Of a stretch of DNA of 64,000 nt, positions 1 to 13,315 are shown piece by piece (position 1 is the stretch's first letter; the number at the start of each line of letters is the position of its first letter). The position numbers and the translations under genes are program-made. This DNA comes from Magallana gigas (taxonomy: Eukaryota). The stretch is from assembly GCF_963853765.1 (NCBI RefSeq), contig NC_088857.1, positions 31,558,001 through 31,622,000 of the forward strand, read 5' to 3'. A model generated the notes under the pieces. That model had not been told where the DNA came from and made no database searches. It saw only the letters and a program-made list of their open reading frames with translations.

Positions 1-60
1 TTGAAATTGGAATAGGAATAGGCGAGTGAAATTCTTTAAAAATCAGCTATGTATATGCAG

Positions 61-355
61 AGTTGATAAAGGCATGTTTCGCGATGCACATTCTTACCCA
101 AGGTGTCGTGCAAAACTGTAAGTTTCCTTGTGATCACATCCTCTGAATCAATAGGTTTACGTCGATTACTAAGTTTTAAAGTCACCTAAAACATCCAAAG
201 TTTCTTATTAAATCTGTTATCAACTTTAGTTGATTATGCAGTAAATGAAATATTAACGAAAATAAACTTTCTCTTACGGCAGGTCTGCAAGTTGGAGCCA
301 GGCACAAGCATATTGTAATGGTCATTATAAAAAGACAAATGGTCAGCACAGATGA
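61..355 (+). CDS. Possible last two coding exons (61-117, 283-355) of a gene starting upstream of the window
   Basis: AG|61..117|GTAAGT and a pyrimidine-rich AG|283 join in phase to give ...VDKGMFRDAHSYPRCRAKLSASWSQAQAYCNGHYKKTNGQHR*. The first acceptor is weak and no homology was recognised. Confidence 0.3.
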
Positions 356-2850
356 GATAAAAACGACATCCGAGACACTGAACGTACCGCCATTCAACCT
401 GAAATTAAAACAGAAAAGCAAAAAAATCAAGGTTCAAAGGAAGTGAAACAGTTGATTAGCACCGACGGTCTCTAAGACGGCAAGTGTTCACATTTTGGTC
501 AAAATATTTATATCCACCGAGCATTTTCTTCTCTTCTTAAAAGTATCATACAAGCAAATTGTCTATGAATACACAAATTGTTTTAAAAATTATAAAACAA
601 ATCACTCATACTATTGATTAAAACAACGTTTAGCAATATTGAAAACTCGAAATGCACAGACTACCATTAGACTTCAAAATAATTTTAGTCGTAGTAAATT
701 TTGATATGGTATCATTATTCAATGCAACATTGTGATCAACAATAACGATAGTTATCGAAATAGTTGATTTACGAAAGATTAGAATAGAGATGTAAAAATG
801 AACAATAAAATGCCATTTTTTGTCGGTTCACACGGGCTGTTGAGGTAGCCATCATTGCAGAATATTATTTTAACATAAACCGCTAACGCAGTTTATGCAA
901 TGTTTTTGCATGATTCGTTATGTTTCATATACCTACCTCAAAAGTTGCCTTTTAACAAAAATAAAATAGAAAGTAAAATTTTTGGTTATTTTCGTTTTCT
1001 TTCGTGTTCTTTTTCCATTGATAAACTTACGCATGTAATATTAGGCAAAAGACGAACATTAATAAAGCAGCTAACTCCAGGCACAAAAAACTACACAAAA
1101 GTTTTCCGGAGCATTCCATATTTTATTTTCATTCCATAGAGGTAGGTTACACCTGCTTGTTCTATATATAGATCTTATAAAAACTTATTATTTAAAGGTT
1201 TTTCCAACCATGCTAAATCGGAACAGACTCAGGCTGTTTCGAAGATCAATTTCAATAGAATAAAAACTACCACCACATCATTGATTTTCAATTTATTTTT
1301 TTAAAGGCATATATAACACACGTATCTCAAACTTTGTATATAGAAAAAACACAATGCATCTTCAGTCATTCAGGAAGTGTTACGCCTAATAAACATTTGA
1401 CAATTATTGGTATAAAAAAGATACTATTCTAAATAAAGAATTTGCAATGAAGACAATACTGCATGTAGCATTCTCATATTATATTAAACTTGATATTATT
1501 CAACTAATGATATACATGTTTATCTTTATAAAATATCTGAATACATATATTTGCATGAATAAATATTCAATAGAACTACATCATGTATGCATTATGACAC
1601 TTATTTTATAGAAGGGCCCAGAAACGCCTTCATGGTATAAATTAAAGTCCGGGTCAGTGTTTAATTGTTTTTTTTTTTTAAATTTTCACTTGTGCTTTAG
1701 TTTGAGTGATTCTTCCCTCCACAAGTTTTTGACCACTTCGTGGTAAGACCTAAGCACTGTATTTTACATGTATGTATGAAATGTTAGTTACATGCACAAG
1801 TTATCTCTCTTTGTATGAATTAAGGCAACTTTAATATATATCGATTGTATAATAATTGAAGTATTTGTAGTACAGTACATTGTCATTACCGTATCAAATG
1901 CTTATGATTATTATTATAAACCTATAAATTACCATGAACTCTAATAGTTTTGTTGTTTATCGTATTAAATCTGTTACTGTGACAAGATGGATAAGGAATT
2001 GCTGAGTATAATTGAATTATATTAGCGGTGATAATCGATTGATATCATGAAATAATTATGTATATCACATTCCAGAAACTAATGTCGAGAAACTATATGT
2101 TTACAAAACCTTTACTGCATAAATTCCGCCAGCATATAGATATAATGATAATAATGAACAGTAACTGCAGGATGTCCCAGAATATCTGATAGCATTTGAA
2201 ATCGTATCAATTAAATAATTGTCAAGAATGTGCAAATTGTGACTCAAATAAAAGTAAATTTCAATAACAACATTTAGGAGAACAGCGTACTTTTATTAGA
2301 ATTATGATGTTACAAAATAGCATCATATTTCTTTCGTTGAATTAAATTTTTATCTAGATAAATCGTACAAGAGAGCAGTCATCTTCCGGTTTAAATTGAA
2401 TTATCAAACACATACACCTGATAAAGTTGTATGAATAATGAAAAAATAATACCATGGGGAAAACCAACTCAACAAGCAACAGAGTCTTCAAATTGTGAAA
2501 AGATTTGAGAAAATGGGATACATACAGTGGCTGTTGTTAGGAATTTTAATAATCGACTTGACGTTGTCATTGATAAATCAAAGTACTGAAGTACTGACGG
2601 GAGTTGATTTTATCGATTATCATTTATTTTAAAATCAACTTATATTGCGTGGCAATTAGTTTCTAGTCTGTATTTTAATTACGTACTTTTTTGTTATATG
2701 AATTTTAATTAGACTTTTCAAACAAGAATTTAGAGAAACCCCATATGAATCATGTTGTGTAATATTTAAAGATAGATTTCAAACTATGTATTAGTAATCG
2801 AAACAATTCTAAAAATTGTATGGATCCAAGCACTATTGATATTGAACTCC

Positions 2851-2937
2851 AGTCTCGTTCAACCAGACGCTCAGCTGTCTCCGTTCATCTCCGACAAGCA
2901 TTTACGGAGACAGCCGAGCTTTTGGTTGAACAAGACT
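2851..2937. repeat. Short imperfect hairpin (MITE-like), ~34-bp arms and 19-nt loop
   Basis: agtctcgttcaaccagacgctcagctgtctccgt ... acggagacagccgagcttttggttgaacaagact. Confidence 0.7.
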
Positions 2938-3827
2938 ATATTAAACTCTGGCGTATGAATACATGCGACTACATAAATATCTAAATTTTCGTATTATATA
3001 AAATCTTACTATTTTCAAGGTGTTTATAGATAAGTTTCCTTGAAAAAGCAATGCTTCAGCATACATTACATCGAATTTTTCTATTATATTCAAGAATAAG
3101 ACTTTGTCAGCGGTGATGATTTGTGCTTAGGTCCAAACACTGTTTCACTTTCGGTTTGCCAGAGTGACTGCATAGGAGAGTTAATTAAAATCAACTCCCA
3201 AAAAGGACATCATTTATGGCACTCTCTTTAAATTTGTTGTGTTTTAATAAACAATGTTCAATTTGTCATAAACTTATGAATGTTTGTAAAATTTATTGAG
3301 TGAAATTTTACATCATATACATTTTTTGGCTAAATAAATTTAATCAAAATTATTCAAAGAGCAGATGGAACAGATATTCTGGGACACAGAAAAAATCCAC
3401 ACCTTCTGAGTCTTTTTATTTATTTTTTTCCAGATAATTTTGAAACCTTTGTGGATCACTTAAGCATTGAATGCTTATTTTTGGATATCGTCGCAAATTG
3501 AATACCGCGCTAACGTGCAGTATTCAATTTGTCTGCGCCGCTTGGTGTGTTATAGGACCGACGACATTCATAAATAATGCCAGAAACTTTGTAGAGAAAA
3601 ATCTTTTTATTAACGAGTGTATTTATTTGTAAAATTGAACGTCGCAGATTTCTAATGTAAACACAAGGGGAAATATACACTGAATGTAAATATAAACTGT
3701 ACAAGACTAATACACATCTCTAAACGTCATCAATAATAAAAGTCAGGAACAGTACTAAATAGTATGCACTCATTGCAACGTAAGCAATAAAGACAAACAA
3801 CTCAAAGGAAGCCATCAATTATTAAAG

Positions 3828-3828
<1 letters not shown>

Positions 3829-3875
<47 letters not shown>
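3829..3875 (+). repeat. (CT)n microsatellite
   Basis: Uninterrupted ctctct run. Confidence 0.95.
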
Positions 3876-3882
<7 letters not shown>

Positions 3883-4159
3883 AAATCTCACAGATCATGT
3901 TTTCTGTTGGGCTATATCTGTATGGGTTTTTTTGGTGTACGTAACAGATCATACACAGATCTTAACAGGAATTGGATACGGTGCGATTCCATCCAGCAGA
4001 TCTCTGCCCATTTCAGCTTCCACCTTTTCTATGCGCATTGGCTTTCAATTACTGTTGATCCTGCCTTCCTTTAGTTAGCTCTTCTTTCATTTGACGCCAC
4101 ATATACATATAAGTATGACTAAGGGCTAGCTTTCTATGTAGAGCCCGATCTTGATTTAA

Positions 4160-4940
4160 GGTGGAATAACACATCATCACAACATGGCTGACCTCTGATC
4201 GAAACGACATTCGTTTTATTAATACGAATTTATCGACGGTAATGTGTAACTAACTACATAGCCGAGTGCTTAAAGTGTCGTACTTACAAAATGAAGATAT
4301 TATACATTTATTTATTGGCTGTAATGAACTACATGAATTTATAAACAAATTTGTTGTGTATCATTTAGAAACATTATTTAAAGATGTAGATGTAAATATT
4401 TTCAATACTTTAAGATTTAATGAGATGTTTTTTTATCAATGTCAAAGGGTATGAAAAATGTAAATACACTTTTTGTTAATTGATTTTTATCAATATGTAG
4501 ATAAGTATATACAAACGACGACAATTGTTTATCAAAAGTCAACAAAAGATGGATGTTACTAAATTTTGTAAAAACATGTTAAGACACTTTATTTCATACA
4601 ATCATTATCAATTATGTGTCAAGAAAAACAGAAGAAATATTTTCTCCAAATTATTTTTATAGATAAACCCTCTAGTTAAAGAAACGGATGGTGTGTTGAT
4701 ATTCATTTTTTAATACTTGTCCTTTTGTATAAATTCATTTGTTTATTAGTTTTTTTAATTATTCATTTGTATAAATTCATTTGTTTATTGGTAAAGTTTT
4801 TTTAATTATTCATTTTTTTATCACCAAACTGCAAACGTTTCGCTTATTTGACATATGTACAGTCTAATTATTATTATTTTTTTCATAATAAAAAAATTAC
4901 TGTTAATTTGAATGACTTTTTCCAGATGTGTTATTCCACC
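4160..4940 (+). mobile_element. Kolobok-like non-autonomous DNA transposon with a tRNA-like segment, interrupted by a ~450-bp insert
   Basis: TTAA at 4156-4159 and 4941-4944. Perfect 16-bp TIR ggtggaataacacatc/gatgtgttattccacc. Internal sequence is homologous to the copy at 30325-31111. TTAA target and RR...YY ends are Kolobok hallmarks. Confidence 0.75.
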
Positions 4941-5142
4941 TTAAAATGCCTTTAGTCAAGTTTTAAATCCTTTGCTTGGTTGATGTACATGTGATGTGGA
5001 TGTTTGATATATCATGATGAAGAATAGTATGATAATGCTTCAGATGATGTTTAATAATCATATGATAATTACAAATTTAATATGATATTGTGTCATCTTT
5101 GACAAAATGTCGTTTCAAGGAATTTTTTTTCCAGTCATGCTA

Positions 5143-5512
5143 TAATATATAAATAGTGCCTGTTTGGGAGGGTAACCGTTGAAATTGACACCCCTCAAAA
5201 ACCATTGTCAACCGACGCGAAGCGGAGGTTGACAATGGTTTTTGAGGGGTGTCAATTTCAACAGTTACCCTCCCAAACAGGCACTATTTATTTTATTATT
5301 CTGAATGTCTTATTTTTAAAGAGAGTTTTACTGCTTTTATATAGAAATGAAGTGAATTCAACGGAAAACCGTACGCGCATAATTTACGCGCATGTATTAA
5401 TTCGTTGTGTTACCCGTTGCTAAGTGTGTTGCTAACGCAGAGGGTAATAGAACGGATTACCAACTGCGTCTTAACCAATCAGATTTCAGTATTTAACATG
5501 AAAGTATAATAA
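5143..5512 (+). mobile_element. Long-hairpin repeat family, copy A (non-autonomous, possibly Crypton-like)
   Basis: ~65-bp inverted arms around the loop gacgcgaagcgga, then a tail ending aaccaatcagatttcagtatttaacatgaaagtataa. Other copies at 10777, 53543 and 56814. Confidence 0.8.
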
Positions 5513-5779
5513 TATATTATGATAGGAGATTTTATCACACTACAGAATTTGTTATTTGTTATTGCATTTAATATTATGCGATTGAATTAAAATACAAGTC
5601 AATATCTAAAAAATAAAATTTAATTGTATTGTATAACATTTCTCATAATATGATGTTGGATTTTGTATATTATATTATATGTTATATTACATTTATTATA
5701 GATCCATTCGATATGAAATTTTAAAATGAATATGTAACATGGTAACATTGTTTATTTGAGAGATTTTGAAAAATGACAC

Positions 5780-7450
5780 CTGGTCAACACTCGATAGGTG
5801 TCATTATTCGTCTTTACTTCAGCAGGTTTTAAAACTTGTTTTACACTTTAAAAAAATCCAACCTTTCATCTTTACACATAAAAAAAGTCCACAAACGATG
5901 AAAACTTCTTCTATTTATACATATTTGTCCAAACTAATGGCGTCCATCCGTCAATATTGATTTTTGATCAAGTGTTCTATAATGCTCCTGCATTTAAAAC
6001 CAACAACAATGCATCGACATTCCGGTGAGAATTTAGCACGACTATATTCATCATTATGACACTGGGCTCTTTAATCGCAGATCTGGTGCCCAAGATATCG
6101 AGTAGACCATTGTCGCTGGAAAGTGAAAAGAAATCCTTTGTACTTAGATGACTTAATTTGAAGACAAGTATGGTATATAAATATTAAAATGTAATGGCTG
6201 AGATCAATGTAAATTTATGTTTTTGCTTGACTGGGTAACACAGCAATTATAGAACTCTTTAAATCCATCGTTTTAATATGCAATAATTTAAGAACATTCT
6301 TAAAAGACTTTTTGTTAATAATAAGTTTTAGGTATTTGAGTTTGTGCATTATTTTACGACAGGCTATAGAAGTTATCAATGTAGCCTTTGTTATTTGCAT
6401 TGTGTATTATTGTTGCTGCTTTCGTTGTTATGACATTTGGTTCTAATATTGTTATTGTTATATGGTGTTAGTTTCATTTATGAAAGCTTGGTATTGTTGT
6501 TGTTATGGTGTTTTTATATAAAATCATTTGTAAATGTTACCTTATTTCGTCTTGTTTTTGTCATCCTTAACATAAGTTTTGTGATACTCAATGATGTTGT
6601 CAATGTTGTCAAACATCGTCGTGTTGTCATGAAATATGGTGGGTTTTTGGTGTTAGTGGTTTTCTTGTTGTAAGTAAATTTGGATTTGATTATTAGATTG
6701 TTGTTACACTAACTGTTGTCCTGCTGTAGTTGTCATTGTTGTAACACTTGGTACGCTTTTCCTTTTTTCAGTTATTGATGTCGATAATGTAACTTAACTG
6801 AGTATTGCTGTTGTTATTTGACTTAGTGGAGATTTTGGTGTTATTGTTTCACTTAAGTGTTGTTGCTTGGTGAAGGCCTTGGTGTTGTTACAACACATAA
6901 CGGGTAATTTTGCACACTTTGATGTTGTTGTTAGTGATCTGCTGTTTGTGTTATATTTGATGTTTTTTAAACAGATAAATGATTATAAAAGCTATTTTAT
7001 CTCTGTTTTTCCTCACCTATCTGCTGTTTAAATGGTTATTCGTATTTATTTGAATAATTGCTATTGGTCCCAATGTTAAAACGTACTAATTTTGATTCTG
7101 TTGATATTAAAATCCTTAATGTTGTCACTACTCTCGTCCTTAACTCTTATTTCCGACTGTGCCTATTGTCGTTCTTTGAATTTAAAACCATTATAAATGC
7201 CTTTTTTTTTTTGGGGGGGGGGGGGGGGGCTGAAGGCTGATGTTTACAGTTTCTGACACTGAAATACCAATTCGTCGTTGTTTAAATTCATTTTACTTTC
7301 ACATTTTTAAAACAATCGTTGTTGTTCTCTTTTTGATTTTCAGAATATGTTTACACCGTAAACAAGAGGTCGTCTCTGTTTAACTTTCGATTATTGATTC
7401 TGTTCAGACATTAATGTTACTGATAGTACATCAGCAATATATTTGTTTCA
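5780..7450 (-). pseudogene. Possible decayed Thr-rich (mucin-like) coding sequence
   Basis: The minus strand is rich in ACA/ACT/AAC triplets (TTTSK, VTTMTTTAG, STSITEK), but every frame has stops or frameshifts. Confidence 0.25.
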
Positions 7451-10400
7451 ATAATCCACATCATGAAGTTGCTTAATTAATTTATCTTGTAGCATTATAT
7501 CAACACTTCCTATATACCAAGCTTCAGGGGCAAAAAAAAACCCCAAAAAAATATGTCACAGAAGCCATTCAACAAATGAACTTACTCACCCTGTTACAAT
7601 TCAAACAGGTACACCTGATGCGCAAGGCAATAATCAAAGCATGTATCCTTTCAGTCGGTTTGTGTAACCTCTTACAGTATGTAAATCCATGATGGATTTG
7701 GCGGATTCTAGTTGCGAGTCGTGTGCCCTTGAACGGCGTTTATTGCTACTTCAGGTTGTAGACAAACGACTTTAAATGCATTTAGTCTTTCTAAACTCCA
7801 AAGTGGTTGATGGATTACTATTGACTCTCATTTTTATTTCCCCAAAATCTGGAAATGTGAACCACTTGGATGTGTTTGCAGTTCTGTTGTTAAATATTTA
7901 TCTGTCAAAAGCTACATTGCATGTTTCTAAGTCTACAGAGACTATCCGTTGGTCTTCAGTGCGTTTAATCAAGTTATGAATTAAAATACATCTTTTAATT
8001 CATGGCGTATTTCGTACTCGATCTAAGTCTAGAAATGCTGGCTTTTGCAATGAATGTTCAAGTTGTAGATTTATTCGCAATATACCCGATAATTACAGAC
8101 CGTTTAAAATGTTTTGAACACGTACTCTTTGAAATGTCTGAAATTATTGACAACTTAATTACTGTAGTTATGAAATGCAAAGATTAAAGGTTTGCATTGA
8201 AAGTTTGTATTAGAGCAAACTTCAAATACAATTGTATACATTGTGATATTATGTAATATTGAGCCTGCGTCATTGTGTACCCACCGTGAAGCTTAGGGTC
8301 AAGCAAGCTGGGTCACAAGGGGTGGGGGGTTGGGGCTGTCAGACAACGAAAACAAAATTGTCTAGACTGAAACCATAAAACATTTGTTGAATATAAGACA
8401 CATTATTATCAAATTTTTTAGTTCATATGGAGTAATTTAAATTGCTGTTTTAATGTTCGTAAATTAAAATTTTGAAAGGTAACTTATGTACATACTCGTG
8501 ATAAAAGAGCTGTTGAACGTTGAATGGTGAATGGAAGCCAATTTTGCTGCTGTTAAATATATAACATTTAATTCAAATCACTTGAAAGATGGATTTGATA
8601 TTAAATTGTATATAACGTTTGCATTACGGAATAAAAAGAAAGGAAAAATGACTCATTTGTGTTTCAGTATAAATGAAAGAAACCACGTATCATTACTTTT
8701 CTTCAATGGACTATTACTTGTTCAAAATATGTAATTTCAAGAAACATAAGCACACCCCACTAACAAAACACACTTCAAATCGAGAGTATGTAATGAGTTG
8801 CATTGTTAAACCCACAGATTTAGATCTTAATTTGACGACACCCAGAAAAGAGACTGAATAGAATCTCGTTCATGGGGTTTACTAATGGCACATTTCAACA
8901 AATAAATTCGTATGTAAGAATTTAAATCCCGGGTACATGATTGAAAAAAAAAATTGTGTGGTTTACATTCTATAGATTTTGTACGATCTCAACCAATTAT
9001 CCCGCATGGTTCCGTCCAGGGAATAGAAAGCTTCTCAGCTCGTATAGCAATACAGTGGTAATAGGATTTTAAAAATTTAAAAGGATAAAAACCGAATAGA
9101 TAGTTTACAAGAGATCAGTTGTGGGTAGATATTGAAAGGTGGCATATTGGGATTACTGGTACGATTGTGATGTACGCCCAAGGATCCATAGCACCTCGTG
9201 TTTGGGGGTAAACACTGGCGTGCTGAAACTGTTTGCGGATTCTAGCGACTAACAAACTGTAAGTTTGCTCTTCCTGTTTAACAACATTTTAAAAAAACTG
9301 TTACAGTTAATAATTCATTTATACTTTCATCACAAATAACAGAAATTGCAAAATGAGCAATATATACATCTAAAAATGATGTCAACTAGTTAATATTCTA
9401 AACATTTTTAGATAACTATAATAAAATATTAAATACATGTAATAACAGGCTCTGCCGTCACCAACTTTGCTCGTCTTAATTTACAGCCTCAAATCTAGTT
9501 TTTACCTTAAATTTATGCACTGTTCCTTTCAAGATTTGAATAATATTAAAATACTGGTCTGAAAAGAAATGTATAACATTTATATCTTTATATTGCTATC
9601 TTACACATGTTCACAATTTATAGTGAAATATGCCATGTCATAATTCATAAACTAGCAAGTTGGAAGTTCTTTGACAGTAACAACATAAGAATTATTAATT
9701 TCGCATGTTCAATTTATTTCCCCCTTAAACATGGACACGGAATTACAATATCTGCGCGTGAGAGAAGCGATTTCATTCAATGGTCTTTTTCATAAATAAA
9801 AAAAAAATGAATTAATATCTTCACTGGAATGAATAAGAAGTCTAGGTATAAATACAATACTCCAATTCAAGTAAAGACAATGATTTAGCGATTGCCCGTC
9901 CCCTTATTAGAAAACACAGATGATCAACCAGAGAATTTTAAGCCGATGGTAAGCCATTGTCAACATTTCCACGGGCCCTGGCGGTCGTCAGTCTCCATCT
10001 CGACAATGGTCATTCGTTATTGGCACCGCTCACAGAAATGGCCAGATTTTACTTAGAAATCCCTATCAAAGATAACAGAATTGTAATCTCTCTAGATGAT
10101 TTTAATCTGCGTGAAGCATGTTTGTTTGTGTTTGAGACGGTTAATTTGTAAAATATTGACACCTGGCATGTGTAAACGAAAATCTTGAACATAAATCTCA
10201 AAATGACGGACGCCAGCGTGTAGACACAGGAGGCGCATTTACGAATATCAAAATCTGTAAAATTTAATAAAATCAGCAATAGAAGTGATAAGAAATTTTA
10301 AATTCACCATTGTATCAAAACGGAACCCCGTGGAGAGAATTTGAATTCTTTAAAAAATTTCGTTATATAAGCAACAAATGCTTTAATCAAACATCTCTTT

Positions 10401-10776
10401 CATGAGTAATTCTTTTAAAAAGGGAGGGGATCTAGTCCAAGAGATTATGATGCTTATGAAATATGTTGTGATTTAGAATTGATTTTCAATCAAAAAATGA
10501 TCCGTGGTCCAATACATGTGATTGAGTCTATTTCCTTTCCTTCAATCAATACGCTTAATTGTACGTTGAGTCAGACGATGTTAGGAAACTCTTGTTTGAT
10601 TGAAAAAAAATATATATAAGACAAGTTTCAATTCATTTTTTCTACAAGCTTACTAACTTTATGAAGCTATTACTGAATACCGTAATTACTAGTACTGTTG
10701 CTATATTTGAAATATTAGTCAACCGTAGATTATGAACAGTATACACAAAATACCGGTAAGGCCACACCAATATTAT

Positions 10777-10938
10777 ATAAATAGTGCCTGTTTGGGAGGG
10801 TAACAGTTGAAATTGACACCCCGAGGAAACCATTGTCAACCGACGCGAAGCGGAGGTTGACAATGGTTTTCGAGGGGTGTCAATTTCAACTGTTATCCTC
10901 CCAAACAGGCACTATTTATTTTGTTATACTGAATGTCT
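10777..10938 (+). mobile_element. Long-hairpin repeat family, copy B (5' part only)
   Basis: Same hairpin as copy A followed by ttgttatactgaatgtctt, after which similarity is lost. Confidence 0.8.
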
Positions 10939-11746
10939 TAAATAAAAAAATCATTTTTATTTGTATGCAAATTTTTTTAGACGGTACATAAATAAATTTG
11001 TGTGGACGATTATATTTTTTCTGCTTCTTTTGGATTTATATTATAAAACTATTTAAACTACGAAAAATAGAGCGAAAATAGAACATAAAACACCGCAGAA
11101 TTTCCTGGATGCGGGGAATTGATATTAACATTATTTGTACAGTATTATTAAAATACGAGCGCGTGGGGTCCGAAGAACAAGAAATTATATTAGTGTGGCC
11201 TAACGAAGATATGATTTTTTTTATCATACATCTTCAATGGGGCAAATAAATATCCCGATCGGGTGAAAACTACGGTGAACCAACGCGAAGGGATCATAAA
11301 TCGGTTAGAATTCCCTCTGTCACTTGATATTTGCTATCGTGTATTATACTTGAAAAGATAACATAGCGTAAAGTAGCACATAAAAGTATTCAAACTGTCT
11401 TAGTTGCAACTGTAACAGGAAGATAGAGAGGACAGCCTGGTATGTCGTCTGCATGCGTTGATTTAAGAATTTGATATGCGAATGAGGTTAAAATACAAGT
11501 ATCCCAGGACAGCAGAGGCATATATGCTTACACGTCTGGGAGAACAAATGTTCAAATGATTTATAGGCCTGCCAAATTAAAGAAGAGTACCCCATTATCA
11601 CAGTAGTAATGCTAGGTAAATATGGAGGGGAATGTTATTTCATATCAATAGGTTGACAAATGTTTTGTTAAATTATTCATGACAGTGTGTATAGTTAAAA
11701 AAAAATATGGTAATTTGTTTTGATGTTTTGATTCAGATTTGCTCAA

Positions 11747-12508
11747 ATGGAAGGTAATTCAGGATCAGTGGCACAAAAATCGCCTCGTCCGCATCAGAAT
11801 GGAGCGCAAGCAGACGACAAGAAAGAGACAAAGCCCAAAGGGTTCAACTTGAACTACATGCACAGTCCTCCAACAATCATGCCTAATTTGGGGAAGAAAA
11901 GAAAAAGTGCTCTACCGAAAACCAACGTATCACGTGTCCTGTTATACGACAACGTCACACAGCAACAAATGCTTGACGTTAAACTCTCTCACATTAAGGT
12001 GGAGCAACATCGCTCCTGTCGTCTGCTGGACCTTCATAAGAAATCATTTATAACGCGTCAGAGGAGACGTCACCAGAGACTGCAGGACGCAGGACTGATA
12101 CTTCCAGAAATTGAACCAAAACCAAAACCAGCACCGTCTCCGCCGAAATCTCCGGAACGACAGCGAACGGAAATCACCGAAGATCTAGAGACATTGAAGC
12201 TTCCGTCAATCGAAGAAGATGAAAATGGCAACAAACGTCACGTGATATTCAAACTAAAGGACGCTAGTGGAAATACTCAAGTATTTCATACATTTGACGA
12301 GGAAAATGGCATATTTTCTGAAATTGTCCCATTACATTCTTTCTATGCAAAAACTACCGATGATCCACGTTTTCAAGGTCTGGAAGGCGCTTTAGTTAAA
12401 TCAACAGCACCTTCTGAAGGATTTAACGAACTGAGTCCCAGCTTCCGACGGGAAAACACGAAATATCCGGAGCATCTAATAGCTTTGATACAGATGAATC
12501 AACCTTGA
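11747..12508 (+). CDS. Uncharacterised 253-aa protein, single coding exon (basic helical segment, Pro-rich linker, DDPRF motif)
   Basis: 762-bp ORF with higher GC than its flanks. Splice acceptor ...gattcag about 10 bp before the ATG, and a candidate 5'UTR donor cctg|gtatgt near 11440. Confidence 0.8.
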   Translation: MEGNSGSVAQKSPRPHQNGAQADDKKETKPKGFNLNYMHSPPTIMPNLGKKRKSALPKTNVSRVLLYDNVTQQQMLDVKLSHIKVEQHRSCRLLDLHKKSFITRQRRRHQRLQDAGLILPEIEPKPKPAPSPPKSPERQRTEITEDLETLKLPSIEEDENGNKRHVIFKLKDASGNTQVFHTFDEENGIFSEIVPLHSFYAKTTDDPRFQGLEGALVKSTAPSEGFNELSPSFRRENTKYPEHLIALIQMNQP

Positions 12509-13315
12509 TTACTCTTTTGTTCCAGGGCCTTATTATTACTTTGAAGTTGCGATTATTCCACACGAGTTCGTTTGAGTGTTTCCACAGATTAGCAAAAATG
12601 GGAATTCAGTTAAGCAGAAGTGCAAACATTTTATTGCCTACCAACATGTATCTGGTTTTTAATTTGTAACAACAACTTTAAACAACAACCATATATCGGC
12701 TTTGTTGCTAAAGCGTATTACACTGGGGTCTAAATTGAAATGTGTGCAAATATTTACTTTTGATTAAATGAAAGTACATTAAACCTTATCCATGAAAATA
12801 AATCCAATGTAATTCTGCATAAAAGTATATCCTGGGCAATTAAAAAATCCGCGTCACCTTTCTAAAAGCATTTCTGTTGCAAAAAGGGTTTATTTTGTAA
12901 AACGAGGTACGTTAATGAATGATAAAAACACTCTCTGTGGTTGGTTTTTTTTTTTATTTCAGTTTTTCGTTTCTACTGATCACTTCATGTTCAACATGCA
13001 TATATATCTTGATACAATATTAGTATATACTTTATACATTTGCGAAAAAAAAATTACCTGAAAAGCAGGATATGACCTCTAAGCAAATTTGCATGTATAC
13101 ACGTTTTATTTTGAAAGAAATCTTTTTTTGTAAATGCATATTGGTAAAAATAACATAAATTAAACAAAACTTCAGCAATACATTTATAAAGTATGAGAAA
13201 AAAAATTGTATACTTTTAAAAAGTCTTCAAGTATACTTTAGTATATAAATGTGGACTTCAGGGATGTGGAGAAATAGTCAGTACTTAGTTCAGTCTCTTT
13301 CATGGTTTCTAATGC

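Noticed and set aside
2851-2937. Pre-miRNA-like hairpin
   Set aside because: Mismatches do not favour G-U pairing on one strand, and the shape fits a small MITE; small-RNA data would be needed
5205-5423. Similar ORFs at 5205, 10642, 53431 and 56791 (MST.A.RRLTMV..GCQFQ)
   Set aside because: They are chance readings of the hairpin repeat family; starts are non-ATG or arbitrary and downstream parts are unrelated
9880-10280. Cys-containing fragments (KCASC, GHFCERC) resembling laminin-EGF
   Set aside because: They lie in different frames separated by stops, with no coherent exon structure
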